A stretch of DNA of 64,000 bases from the human T2T-CHM13v2.0 reference genome, Homo sapiens, in the NCBI RefSeq assembly GCF_009914755.1, contig NC_060935.1; one strand, given 5' to 3'. Every line of letters begins with the position of its first letter. The first letter of the stretch is position 1. Under the pieces are notes generated by a model. That model worked only from the letters and a program-made list of their open reading frames with translations, was not told the origin of the DNA and ran no database searches. This document shows, piece after piece, positions 1 to 13,869 of the stretch. The position numbers were made by a program, and so were the translations under genes.

Positions 1-284
1 TATATTTAGATTTATGTAACTGGTTATACGAATATATTTAAATACTGGGGAAATTCCTTCCCTATCTCGGAACCAAGCAAGATTCATCTGTGCTTTGTGT
101 TCATTTGCCTCTTAAAGGCAAGGGCTGAAGATGAGATAGCAATGTCTACTTTACATTTTTGGTCTTAACTGTGCCAGTCTAATTAGAATTCCCTGTATCT
201 AAAATGGTTTCTGTTACTCATTGAAAGGCATTTTAGTGTGGTTTATGTGTAATATCAAATAAAGAATATTTAACACTTAAAAAA
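1..284 (+). pseudogene. Probable 3' end (3'UTR plus short A tail) of a processed retrocopy inserted into an L1 3' end; parent gene not identified
   Basis: Non-repeat, UTR-like AT-rich sequence with AATAAA at 258-263 and an A6 run at 279-284 (15 nt downstream), then an abrupt switch into L1 3'UTR sequence. The 5' part lies outside the window. Confidence 0.5.
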
Positions 285-545
285 TTACACCTAGATAGGA
301 GAAGTAAGTTCTAGTGTTTTGCAGCACAGTACAGGGTGACTATGGTTAACAATTTAGGGCATACTTTCAAAAAGCTGGAAGAGAGGATTTTGAATGTTCA
401 CAACACAAAGACATGATAAATGCTTGAGGTGATAAATATGCTAATTACCCTGATTTGTTCATTACACATTTATTGAAATATCACTCTGTGTCCCATAAAT
501 ATGTATAATTATCCTGTGCCAATTAAAAATAAAAGAAAAAAAGAA
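281..545 (+). mobile_element. L1MA-type LINE-1 3' end with A-rich tail
   Basis: aaaattacacctagataggagaagtaagttctagtg...ggtgactatggttaacaat...gctaattaccctgatttg...aattaaaaataaaagaaaaaaa resembles the L1MA 3'UTR; similar to the copy at about 59220-59592. Confidence 0.8.
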
Positions 546-1754
546 ATGGTTTGCTGAAGCAAATGCTGAGGATTTTTAAAAGAGAAAATAAGTGTTTATT
601 TTTGTTGTTTATGCCAGGGCGTGTTGTGGTTCGATCAATGTTGTTTATTTATTCCTTTGAATTGTTGGACAATGTCACTTCTAGGCTTCTGTTGTTGTAT
701 ATTAGAGAATGTGGACTATCCAAATGTATAATTCTCACTAGTAATGAAATCCACCATACACTGGAACTTACTATTATTTTATTGAAGCTAGAGTTGTTGG
801 CTGGTTTCTTTGGAATTTATGCAGATGATTTGTACTTGTAAGGAAGTACTAGAAATGCTTCTCAGAAATACGCAGCACTTGAGTTCAATACTAGCACTTT
901 AATTTCATCTATGGAAAGAGAAGTGTGTACTTTACTGAGTCATAGGAGGTAGTAGGATGGATGAGATTCTCCTACAAAACTACAACTGGAGAGGTCTGGA
1001 ACAAGGAGAACTTTGCATTATTTCTTGAAGCTTTGCTATTTCTTTATTCACTTCGTTTCCTGAAGAGCAAAGCTTTGGAATCAAACAAATATTGGTCCTC
1101 CACCAACTGTGTTTGTGCCTTTGGGCAGGTAAATTCATTTCTCTGGGCCTCAGTTAGGGTTTTTCAAAGATTCATTAAGATGTTATTTATAAAGTGCCCT
1201 GTCCAGGGCCTGGTGCAGAGTTGGCTCTCAAGTAATGGAAGCTATTTTTATTATTCTTTAAATTTATTTGTTTCCTTATAGGCTTTCAAATTCCGGATCT
1301 CCTAGGATAGTTACATACGCGCTATCTGTTGGAACTTGTAGAATTTTCTCCTGTCCGAAGTGGAGTTGCAGATTCTCAACCCCTGAATTTTCTCAAGAAT
1401 GAAGGGAACTGACAGGAAGTAGATATGATATCTTCATGAATAAATGATTCTAGGTGAGGAATAAACCTTGTTTTATGAGGAACAAAACTATACCAGCAAG
1501 CATATCTCCCCCATTTCTTCTTTACCCAGTCAGCTCTATTCATTCTCCAAACCCAGGTCACTATCGTCTTCTAAAGGTCTTTATTGTCCTCACCAGCCCT
1601 TCCCTGAATTTCAGTGCCATCCTCAGTACTCCTAAGAGACATCTCCAGGGATCAGCGTCATGTTGTATTTTATGACTGGTGGCCCTGGAGTTATTCTATA
1701 GGTGGTCCTTCTTGACAAGGGAAGGTGGCTTTACATGAATTAAAACCATCTGTT

Positions 1755-1890
1755 CTCATCTTTGTATTCCTGTCTAATGGGGAGCTCTTTAAATGGAAAG
1801 GAATACATTCAATTTTTTATCCCCTAGTGCTTAACACAGTGCCTGGAACATTGTCTATGGAAAACATGAGTGATGGATGAATGAATGAAA
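1755..1890 (+). mobile_element. L2 3' end fragment
   Basis: tatcccctagtgcttaacacagtgcctggaacat...gatgaatgaatgaa, the typical L2 terminus with a (TGAA)n tail. Confidence 0.6.
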
Positions 1891-2862
1891 ATCTGCAGTA
1901 AGATACATTCAGGACTATGTAATAAATATTCTTTTTCATCATTCACTGTTCTCTATCATGTCTGCATCTCCTCCAATTACTGCTGACGGCACGGCAATCT
2001 AAATGTAAAATTTATCTGAGAGTTCTGCAAGTCCATCCCCAGGCTCTGCCCATCACAGTCAGATTCAATAAGGCAACTTTCTGTGTGCATAAGTAGGATG
2101 AGGTAGGGGGGCAGTGAGTAGAAATGTGATTAGTTTTTAATGAGGCTAATCGTTCTGAATATGAAGTTGGTTTGCATTCTCATTAGCAATTTTCATAAAT
2201 TGTTTGAAATGCTTGCCCATAAAGTCAGGATTGCAAACTTACAGATGAATCACTTCTACCTTGGCTTCCTGTTGAGTGGAGATTATTAATTGCGTCCTTT
2301 CTCATCAGAGCTCCCCACACAACTGCAGCCTTTATTTTTAGAACACTATCTCTTGCCAGCTCCTATCTGAACCAATTCTGCTTTAGTCTAATCAGGGAAT
2401 ATGAAGTTAAATCTAGGGCAAAGAGAAGGGAAAACCTAGAAAACTGAGTCAAGAGTCCTGTTGGATACAGTTTCAAAACTCCAACTTTGGAAAGAAGTCA
2501 TTGTAGGAGATCTACAGCAGCCTTCTGGTTATAGAACCCATAACTCCTTCTCATACCCCACTGGCTCTTCCTGGCCACAAGTAGGAACCCTACCTGCAGA
2601 AGCTTTAGCAAGCATTTGTGCCAGTGTACTGCCAAAGTGCCACCCACTCTATCACCTTTAAACCTTGGGCCCCTACCCACCCAGAGAGGAGCCACCATTC
2701 AGAATCTGTCTTTATGATTCCTTTAGTTTTAGTTACTGATAAAACGTATGCATTCCTAAGCAGTATCATGCTAAGTTTGTTAGAATCTAAACTTAATGCA
2801 ACATGCATCATGCTGAATGTTTTTTCCTGTGACTTGCTTTCTTTCATTCAACCTGCTTTTGA

Positions 2863-3550
<688 letters not shown>

Positions 3551-4599
3551 TTTAATGATTATTTTTTCTATTCTGTCTTTGATGGAGATATTTGGTTGAC
3601 TTCCAGTTTTTCATTATTACAAGTAATGTTACTAAAACCATCCATATATGGCTGCCTCCCTCTAGGAGACTCTTTGAAGACAGGGACTGGGTCTTATTCA
3701 GCTTGGTATCTTCATGGCCTAGCACCCAGCCTCAGTAAATATGTTTTGAATGAATTAATAATAGACACTTTTCCCTTCTTGAAAATTATGGAGCTCTATT
3801 TCAACCACAAAAATTAGTCTGAAGATAGAAGCTCAATTCACCTATACCTTTAAAAAACTACCACAATAAATCACATAAACAAAATCCCCAAGCAACTCTA
3901 GTGGAAATTACCTCTATTGTTCATTAGACAGATTACCCTCAGGTGTCTCTCTGTTAAAACAGTGAGGCCTTTCAAAGGACATTCTATTACTTTTTAAGTA
4001 TAATATTAGTATAAATTAGGTACTGCCAACTCCCCTCCATACTCACCTTGGCTTCAGGGGCTATTTGAAGAGTCAAATACAAGACCAAGAGATGGGGAAG
4101 TGGGGAAGTAGCCTCTGAATTTATTGGACAAAATCCTACACTCCATCAATCACAGTCTCTACCTGTGATTCAGATGGCTCAAGAGCCCTTGCTGGATGCA
4201 GTTCCATTCCCACTCAGAGACCCAGTGAAGGAGACCAGCTACAAAAGCAAATGTCACATGGTCTTAGCTTTAGGGATAGGCATGGCATACCCTTTCTCAT
4301 CCCTGGACACAGGCTTATTTTTCTCTTTGCAGGATTTGTTCTTAACATTTTTGCCTAAAGATTAAGAATATCTATCAATCTCTAAATAGAACATTGCCAC
4401 CACTTTAAGGGTTTTTTAAAAAATAATTATACTAAGTCAAAAGAAAATGATAATGTCTGGGGCTGTAGCGAACTGGATGTTTCAAGTCGCTGAGAAGGTT
4501 GCATCACCATTCATTGGACATCATTTCATTCAACAAACACCCTGTATATTAAGGCTTTGCTGGTGCTGAAGATGTTAAAGGCAATTGGGACAAAGTCCC

Positions 4600-5059
4600 T
4601 GTTACAGTTAATTTTATGCGTCAACTTTTCTGGACCACAGTGCCCAGATGTTTGGTCAAACATTATTCTGGTTCTCTGAGAGTGTTTTTTGATGAGACTT
4701 ACATTTACATCAGTGGACTTTGAGTAAAGTAGATTGTCCTCCATGATGTGGGTGAACACTATCCAATCAATTGAAAGCCTGACTAGAACAAAAGGCTGAC
4801 CTCTCTAGTGAGAGGGTGTTCTGCCAGCGATGGCCTTTGGATTTGAGCTGCAACTCTTTTCTGAATCTCCAGCTTTCCAGCCTCCCACATCAGATATTGG
4901 ACTCACTAAGCCTCTACAACTGTGTGAGCCAGTTCCTAAAGTGAATCACTGTACACACACACATTTATATATGTGTGTGTATGTATATACACACACACAT
5001 TTATATATGTGTGTGTGTAACACATTTTGTTGGTTCTGTTTCTCTGGAGACTCTAATAC
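4600..5059 (+). mobile_element. MLT2 (ERVL) solo LTR, inside an L2 relic
   Basis: Starts tgttacagttaattttatgcgtcaactt, ends ttctgtttctctggagactctaatac; has the characteristic internal (CA)/(TG) tract. Confidence 0.85.
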
Positions 5060-7969
5060 GGTTCCTTTTCTCAAGTACCTCAGTGTCTCTTAAAACAGAC
5101 ATGCAAACAAGCCATTTTAATCCAGTGTGAAGACTGCTCTAAGGGTCATCTGTACAGGAGGAAGTGGCACAAAATAGAAATTCGGAGTGTGGCAATGGAA
5201 GAACATGCTCAGAAGTTAAGAAAAAGCAACAATATGCCTGTATGCACCAGTGGACAGGCTCTCCTTAGGAACAAGGACTGGAATGGGCCTCATTCTGCAC
5301 TAGAATCCAGTGCAGAAAACAAGGCAAACAAACACTGAGGCAACACTCATATCAAACCCAGATGAAACTGGCCTGCTTTAGAGAATTTGAGAGCTGGAGG
5401 GAGCTTCAAGTACAGGAGTAGGCTTCTTGTAAACATCCATGACTAGGATAGCCTTCTCTAGGTGGCACTCCAGGGCTTAATCTCATTTTGAATATTTGTT
5501 AAAAAGCACCGACATTTAGTACACTTTCTCATTGTCTTGAATCCACTGGTGCTTGAAAGCAAGGGTTTATTCTTATAGCTATGATTACGTAATATAAATA
5601 AATGGGCTTAAAAAAGCAAGAACCAGTAGTCCATTAAGATACAGAGTCAGTAGAGAATTCTGCCCCATTTTCTGCAAGAAGTTTTGGAGAAAAACTAAAA
5701 ATAGACACTGAGAATGAAATGATAGAAATGTGAATCAAAAAGTCACACCTCTAGGCTAGAGACTGATTCGGATTGGAAGAAGATACCCTTAACCTAATTG
5801 TGATGCAGTAACTGTAATTAGGTTAAGGGAAATGTAGAGTGTTAACATTTCAACCGCACCTAGATCTATATCAGTTTTCCAAATGGAGATGTTGGGTAGA
5901 GAGTGGGCATTGCTTTGAGAGTCTTATCCATCATAAGGATAGGTGACAGCATGGTGTGGAGGCTGGAAGGAGTATTTGTCTTAGTTTGGACCCTTTTGAG
6001 CTCCTTTCCCACCACTCAGGTGCCTGTTAGCTCCCCCAAATCCTCATATTTACCTCCTGTCCAAGGGCTCTCCCTGTGCTGAGCTCTTTGTCTTGCTTGG
6101 CTTTCATCCATGGCCTACGGCAACAGTTGCCCATCAACTCCAGCAACACTCCTAGAAACCTGTCTCAGATCCAATACCTACACTCTGACAGAAGCAATTT
6201 TTAATGACATTTCAAAGTAAATCGAATGGAGCTTGTAACAGCAACATTACATTATTATACCTTGTGTAGTCATGTTTTCAGAGCCTGTGGTATATGGAAA
6301 GGCCTTTGCTTGGTAAACTACATCCAATCAAAAATGTCAAGATGTCAAAAAGAAAATTCAATTTGCCTTCAACATTCAGTGAAAATGGCATCTATCATGC
6401 CTACAACACATGTATGGAAGTTCAAACTGCACAGAGTTTACGCTGATCTCAGAGTGTCCACATATGTGTGTATGTGTGCATGTGTGTGTTGGTGAGGTCG
6501 AAAATAACTCTGGTATGTCACCACCAACCTCTTCTCATCAAGGCATCATATGTTAGGATAAAGTATTGGCAACACAGTACGAGTTTGTTTTATCTATGTG
6601 ACAATTAAGACTTGATGACAGAGAGTTTTGCAACTAACTGGCTGTTTGCTCTTACGTCACTTAATCTCTTGGAGCTTCCAGGTCCTCATCTTTAAAGTGG
6701 GATACAGGAATTGCCTACCTCACATGGTTTTTGCGGGGATGAAAAAGATAACGCTTGTGACAGTGCCTAGTCTAGCATTCAAAGATCATCATAATTGGGT
6801 CATTGATGCCCTCATCTTGTCTTGTGCTCTTCCCCTAAGCAACCCCTTTGCTCCATCCAAGCTGGTGGGCCATAACACCTCCCACCTGCCATGCTGTTGC
6901 TCACTTTGTTTTCTCTTCCTAGGATGCTCTTGTTTTTTCTGAATGTACGAGGAATATGAACATTTCCAAACCCAGCTTGAATCTATAGTCTTCATGAAGC
7001 CTTCTTGAACTATGTTAACTTTGATGATTGCTCTTCTTTTGAACTCATATGAACTTCTGTAAAACCTTAAGTACTTAAGTATTTAACACAAGCCTCTTGG
7101 ACTGCTTCACATTTTATGTGTGTGACAAAGATGATAATATTTTCAAAGTAACTCCTGTTGCATTTTTACCTGTTATGAATTCTGTTTCTTTTCCCCTAGT
7201 GTTTTCTCTAATAGGACTAGACTAAGAGGTTGAAACGAGGGGAGAAGGCTATAACATAACATGAGGAGTGTCCCTTCTGGGAGGTAAGAGGAAATTTGGA
7301 AGACCTTCTGGTACTGGGTGGAAGAGGTGAGAGAGAAGAAGGGAGGCAAAGTTCAGATGCAAGTCACCTTCTATATAGTGTCCTCCAGTTTCTCTTTAAG
7401 ATAAACTTGTGTGAGTGTGGCCAGCAGAAGTGATGCTGAGGCAGAGGGCAGAGCAGGCCATCCATACTGGCAACCTCAACACGGCTGCAGAGGCCTCAGA
7501 GGTCCAGTAGTTCCAATGAGAGCCAGGGTGGGGCTAACCCAGTGAGCAAGACATCAGTCTTCAATGTCAATGGGAGAAAGGCCCATATGGAGCATAGAGA
7601 AAGAACAGGGCTCACAAACATGCTAAGGAAAGGGCTGGATATCTCAGAGTAAATATTTGCTGAGGGAGTTCTATTTGAATATCCTTTTCTAGAGCTTCAG
7701 GTGAAATAACAGTGATCAACATAAAATAATCTCCAATGGTTGAGTTTCAGCTCTCACAAGTCTTGGGCCTTGGGTGTGTGTGGTTTTACACAGTGCTCCT
7801 TAAATTTTCTCCCCACAGGCTCACCTGAATATGGTGACCTAGAAGTCTCTGTTAAACCAGTGAATATTTCTGAACACTCATCCAGGAGATTTTCTATTTG
7901 ACAGGCTTCATTTATGTGAATAGCTGTGCCATGCTAAAGAATTGAAGGATGATAAAGAATACTGTTGGG

Positions 7970-9010
7970 AAAAATATTCACAAACTATGCATCTGACAAA
8001 GGTCTAATATCCAGAATCTGATAGGAACTTAAACAAATCAACAAGCAAAAACCAAACAACCCCATTAAAAAAAGACATTAACAGCCATTTCTCAAAAGAC
8101 AGTCAAGCAGCCAAATAAACATATGAAAAGATGGCAACATCACTAATCATCAGAGACATGCAAATCAAAACCACAATGAGATACCATCTCACACCAGCCA
8201 GAATGACTATTACTAAGAAGTCAAAAAAATAACAGATGCTGGTAAGGCTATGGAGAAAAGAGAATACGTATACACTGTTGGTGGGAATGCAAACTAGTTC
8301 AGCCACTGTGGAAAGCAGTTTGGAGATTTCTCAAAGAACTAAAACAGAACAACCATTCAACTACTGTGCACTAGTATGCAGCTCCAGGGCCACATGATAA
8401 CTTCTGGATCCCCTTGGGAACAGATCACAGGGAACTAAGGCTCATCTATTAGGTACCTCCATCTGCCATTCTATCCTACTACCTCTGCAGTGTCACTATT
8501 GAGTATCTGCCCAAAGGAAAATAATTCATTCTATCGAAAAGACACATGCACTCATATGTTCATTGCAGCACTATTCATGATAGCGAAGACGTAGAACCAA
8601 TCTAGGTGCTCATCAACAATGAATTAGATAAGGAAATATTGTACATATACACCATGGAATACTATGCAGCCACAGAAGAGAACAGAATCATTTCCTTTGC
8701 AGCAACATGGATGGAGCTGGAGGATGTTATCCTAAGTGAATTAATGCAAGAGCACATGTTCTCACTTACAAATGGGAGCTAAACATTGAATACACATAGA
8801 CATAAAGATGGGAACAATAGACACTGGGGACTTCTAGACTGGGGAGGGAGGGAGGAAGGAGTGGGCTGAAAAACCACCTATTGGGTGCTATGGTCACTAC
8901 CTGGGTGACAGAATCATTTTTACCCCAAACCTCAGCATCATGCAATATATCCATGTAACAAACCTGGATATATTTAAATATTTAAATTATTTAGCAAAAA
9001 CAAGTTAAAA
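7970..9010 (+). mobile_element. 5'-truncated L1PB-type LINE-1 (ORF2 3' end plus 3'UTR), about 1 kb
   Basis: aaactatgcatctgacaaaggtctaatatccagaatc..., accacaatgagataccatctcacacc, L1PB-like 3'UTR; 16-bp TSD aaagaatactgttggg at 7954-7969 and 9011-9026. Confidence 0.9.
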
Positions 9011-9019
9011 AAAGAATAC

Positions 9020-9482
9020 TGTTGGGGCTCAGACTATGATATCCCAAAGTATGGCACGTCGGCTTACTGAGTATTTTAAACTGAAGGGAATTGAGAAAAC
9101 TGCAGAAACACAAAGGTCACTCTATGACCTTCTCCTACCTTTCTCCCCTGAAAACCCTCATGTAACAGGTGTCTCTCCTATACTCAGAGGAAAGAAATGT
9201 CGCACAGAGACTCCAAGAAGAATCTGAACAAACTGGCCTTGCTAAGTTTCCCGTAGTTTATTAGTATTAGATTCTCTTTAAGTTTCCCTTTATTCTCCAA
9301 TTGTACTTTTGCCCAACTGTCCATAAAAATAGTTTTCCCTGGGTTGTTGGTTCCTTGTCACTTAAAACTTTCACTAAACAATTTTGTTATCCTTTTCTCT
9401 TGTTAATCTGTCTTTGTTATAGGGGTGTCAGCAATGAACCTTGTGATGGGTGAGGAAGAGATACTACTTTTTCTCCCCTGTG
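9020..9482 (+). mobile_element. MER39-family ERV1 solo LTR
   Basis: Starts tgttggggctcaga...atcccaaagtatggc; contains aagaatctgaacaaactggccttgctaagtttccc; ends gatgggtgaggaagagatactactttttctcccct. Confidence 0.75.
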
Positions 9483-9849
9483 ATGTCAACCTTTGAAAAT
9501 CCTGGTTGGTGGCAGGGGTGGGGGAGAATGTGTAAGAAATGAAACTGACATTCTTTGGATGAGTTTTTTTAAGCATAAGAATACTATAAAATTATGTTCT
9601 GAATAGCTCATTTATTTTGTAGGTGCTCCACTCTGATGATAAGGAAGCTCTAGTGCTGAGGACACTTAGCGATTTCATGAAATGGCTGTAACAGTAGTAA
9701 AGTGATATGGGACTTACTTTCATAAACACAGAGGGCAGAGAAGGAAGGATCTGGAAACCTGGGGGAAGAGGGGTAAAAATGAAAAGAATGGAGACCATAG
9801 AGAGGCTCCTCCTAATATTTATGTTGTGGGGCAGATTCTGATATCATTT

Positions 9850-11070
9850 TTTTTCTGATATAATTTGATCTTTTTCTTCTACTTCCATTCTTAATCAACT
9901 CTCATATCATTCCCCCCATACCTCTATTTTTAGGTTTGTATCTACTCTTAATTTTTGTATTTCTGGATCACGGTGTTTTCCATATCCCCAAATACTTGTT
10001 TGAGTATATTTCATACAGCTTAGAGTTTTGTGTTACGGGTTTCTTCAGTTTTATAGTTGGTTTTTGGAGAAAGTTTTCAACACAGTAATGCTTTGACTTG
10101 TGTTTTGTGATTTTTTAAATAGTTTTATGTGGTTGTGGTTTGCTTTCTATCTATGCCAAATCATTTCATGAACAGCGATCCTAGTTTGAGAACATTCTCT
10201 TACGTCTTATGTCAATTATGCCTTCTATGCAGTTTCTTTTGTGGAAAAGGGAAGGATTGGTAGGTCTTATTTCTCTTTTGTTTCTGTAGTATCCTTAATT
10301 TTTTCCTTTTATTTCCTTACCTACTTCTTATTGTCTTGTATTCAACTAATACTACCATTTTTCTTTGTACCTGCTGCTCCCCACAAAGTAACCATCTTGG
10401 GGCTGCCTCATCTGGTTTCACACTTTTTTTTAACTTTTATTTTAGGTGTGGGGGCACATGTGAAGGTTTTTTACATAGGTAAACATGTCCCTGGGGTTTA
10501 TTGTACGTATTATTTCATCACCCAGGTATTAAGCCCACTACCCAATACTTATCTTTTCTGCTTCTCTCCCTCCTCCCATTCTCCCCCCTCCTCCTCAACT
10601 AGACCCCAGTGTCTATTGTTTCCTTCTTTGGGTTTTACACATTTTCAAGCCCCTTCCCTATAATTAGTGCCATAAGCTATCAAGGCCCAGCCTATATTCA
10701 GTATTTTGCCATTTGTTGTTGGACTGGCACTTTCTGGAAGTGCTTCTGTCTACATGTTATCCAAGTTCTTTGCTCCTCTCTATTCTTTTTCATGAAATCT
10801 CTTAAACCTCTCCCTCTTCACTCCTTGCCCTCACAGGTTTTCAATGGCAGAAGAACCACGGTAGTCCATTATAATTTTATTCCCCTTTACTTACAGATAA
10901 CTTGAAGGTCATGATGTTCTGTTTTCTAGTTATGCTGACGACTCAAATCAGGTATGGTTTTATTCATTCTCATTGTCAATTTTGTTTTTTTGAGGGGCGG
11001 AGTGGGATTGGGAAGAGTGTAGGGGAGATTCAAATCAGACGGCTGCCATTGTTCTCCAAACCCAGAATAT
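9850..11070 (-). mobile_element. Ancient L1ME/HAL1-type 5' region relic (degenerate)
   Basis: T-rich degenerate sequence ending in ggctgccattgttctccaaacccagaa, which resembles the reverse complement of an old L1 5' start. Boundaries approximate. Confidence 0.35.
10424..10630 (-). mobile_element. Short L1PA(15/16)-type 3' end insertion
   Basis: ttttttttaacttttattttaggtgtggggg...tatttcatcacccaggtattaagcc...agaccccagtgtctattgtt; approximate TSD ggtttcacac / ggttttacac. Confidence 0.8.
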
Positions 11071-11420
11071 CCTGGGCAGAAGACTGCTCTGATTGAAAGC
11101 TAATTCAAAGAGAGTTATATATAAATATGTTCCCCAAGATCTGAGCTCCAAGTGTATGCCTGATTGGCCCTCAGTTCATTCCAGTGGTGAACTGAGTTCT
11201 GCTGTTTCAAGATGAAATGTTAGGTTTTTGTTTTCAAATGCTATACATTTCCCCTGTTCCACTTCTACCAAGCAAATAGTTCCCCCACTTGGCATTTATT
11301 TTCCTTTATCTTCTTTTAGGTGTGCCCTTGTTGAGCTCTCTTCAGATCCTTCCTTCCTAACTTCCTTCCTAAAACAATACAGTTGTCAAAAGCAGGTCAT
11401 GATCTTTGTTCCTTCACTGA

Positions 11421-11794
<374 letters not shown>

Positions 11795-12412
11795 AATGGC
11801 TGGGGTTTCTTAATTAATGAATTATCACACTGATACAGAAACTTAAACTTACAGACTTGATTTGTGTTTAATTAATATAGACTTATTTGTTTGTCTGACC
11901 TGGAAATGCATTTTGTACATTTTTGACATATTCCCAAGGCCAAAGACAAGAGAAATGTAAAAATAATAATTTAGAATGAACAGCTTCCGATCACTGCAAA
12001 CATAAATGATGGCTCTTGGCATTATTATTTACATTTCAATACAACCATTGCTGTAGGATACCCAGCACAATTAAGCCTCTAGGGACACATTCAACCAGCG
12101 CACACTTTTTGCATCAGAAAAATCGAATCAATATACAGTGAGTTTCTGTATTAACATGAAATTTAGGAGGCATTTATGCTAAGCTCAAAAATCTAATTAG
12201 TAGTTTCCTGTTTAGAGGATAGTGCCTGCTTATTACATTTTCAGTTCATCTGGATCTGTAATCAGTTCTCAGGCTTGTTTTCCATTCAAATGGTAACAGT
12301 TTACCTTTCATCCCCAACTCTCCACATAAGGACTCAGGAACCAAATGTACCAGAAACAAATGGCACTGAGGATTCAAAATGAGGACTTTAATTAAAATGC
12401 TTAGGTCCCTAC

Positions 12413-12821
12413 TTTCACGTGCGTCTGTGTGAAGAGACCACCAAACAGGCTTTGAGCAACAAGGCTTGTTTATTTCACCTGGGTGCAGGTGGGCTGAGTC
12501 CGAAAAAAGTCAGCGAAGGGAGACAGGGGTGGGGCCATTTTATAGGATTTGGGTAGGTAAAGGAAAATTACAGTCAAAGGGGGGTTGTTCTCTGGCGGGC
12601 AGGTGTGGGGGTCACAAGGTGCTCAGTAGGGGAGCTTGTGAGCCAGGATGAGCCAGGAGAAGGAATTTCACAAGATAATGTCATCAGTTAAGGCAGGAGC
12701 AGGCCATTTTCACTTCTTTTGTGGTGGAATGTCATCAGTTAAAGCAGGAACTGGCCATCTGGATGTGTACGTGCAGGTCACAGGGGATATGATGGCTTAG
12801 CTTGGGCTCAGAGGCCTGACA
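12413..12821 (-). mobile_element. HERV-H 3' LTR (LTR7), 409 bp
   Basis: Minus strand begins tgtcaggcctctgagcccaagctaagcc and ends ggtggtctcttcacacagacgcacgtgaaa; TATA (cctataaaa) at 12538-12546; AATAAA poly(A) signal; polypurine tract aagaagacaggaa at 12822-12834. Confidence 0.95.
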
Positions 12822-13439
12822 TTCCTGTCTTCTTATATTAATAAGAAAAATAAAATGAAATAGTGGTAAAATGTTGGGACGGCGAAAATTTTGGGGGGGA
12901 GTATGGAGAGATAATGGGCAATGTTTCTCAGGGCTGCTTCGAGCGGGATTAGGGGCAGCGTGGGAACCTAGAGTGGGAGAGATTAAGCTGAAGGAAGATT
13001 TTGTGGTAAGGGGTGATATTGTGGGGTTGTTAGAAGAAACATTTGTCATTTAGAATTATTGGTGACGGCCTGGATACGGTTTTGTATGAATTGAAAAACT
13101 AAGTGGAATAAGAGAAGGAGAAAAACAGGTATTAAAGGTCTAACAATTGGGAGGACCCAGGACATCTAATTAGAGAGTGCCTAAGGAGATTCAGCATAGT
13201 CCTGCCAGCAAAGATTATTTGTTTACTTTAAGAGTTAAGAGTGGCAGTTTGGGGATAGCACCAGGAGATATCAGCTGTGATGGCTTGGAGAAACAGCGTA
13301 AACCGGCAGTGTAAACAAGAGCAGGGCATGTATGAGTAGTTGAGAACAGCGAATAGGAGTATGACTAGACAGAAGATAGTAGGGATGACAAGTTATTTGG
13401 GGCACAGTACAAGTTGGTCTGGTGTCTGGAAAAGGTGGT

Positions 13440-13725
13440 GTGTAGCCCAGGAATAGTCAGGGAAGCAGATAATTTAGTTAAAGTGTCTCGGCCTAATAAG
13501 GGAACTAGGCAGGTGGGGATAACTAAAAAGGAGAGCTTAAAAGAGTATTGTCTAGGTTGGCACCAGAGTTGGGGAGTTTTAAGAGGTTTAGAAGCCTGGC
13601 CGTCAGTACCTACAACAGTTATGGAGGCAAGGGAAACAGGCGTTTGAAAAGAAGGTAATGTGGAGTGGGTTGCCTCCGTATTAAGAAGGGGACGGACTTA
13701 CCTTCCACTGTGAGAGTTACCCAGA
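13440..13725 (-). pseudogene. pro: HERV-H protease remnant (frameshifted)
   Basis: Minus strand gtaactctcacagtggaaggtaagtccgtccccttcttaatacggaggcaacccactccaca reads VTLTVEGKSVPFL / NTEATHST across a frameshift; NTEA is the degenerate DTGA active-site motif. Confidence 0.75.
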
Positions 13726-13869
13726 GTGTCTGTGATGGTCCTGTAGGCTTCCGAGGCAATCGGGCAGTCTCAGTCTTCAGCTGCTAAGCTGAGAAGATCT
13801 GGGAATGAGTCAGTCAGAGACCCTTGGGCCAGGGTTTCAGGGGCTCTGCGAGTGGCTGCCAGGTGAGTT

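Noticed and set aside
10241-10663. 140-aa hydrophobic ORF resembling a membrane protein
   Set aside because: Produced by T-rich antisense L1 sequence and crosses an L1PA insertion boundary.
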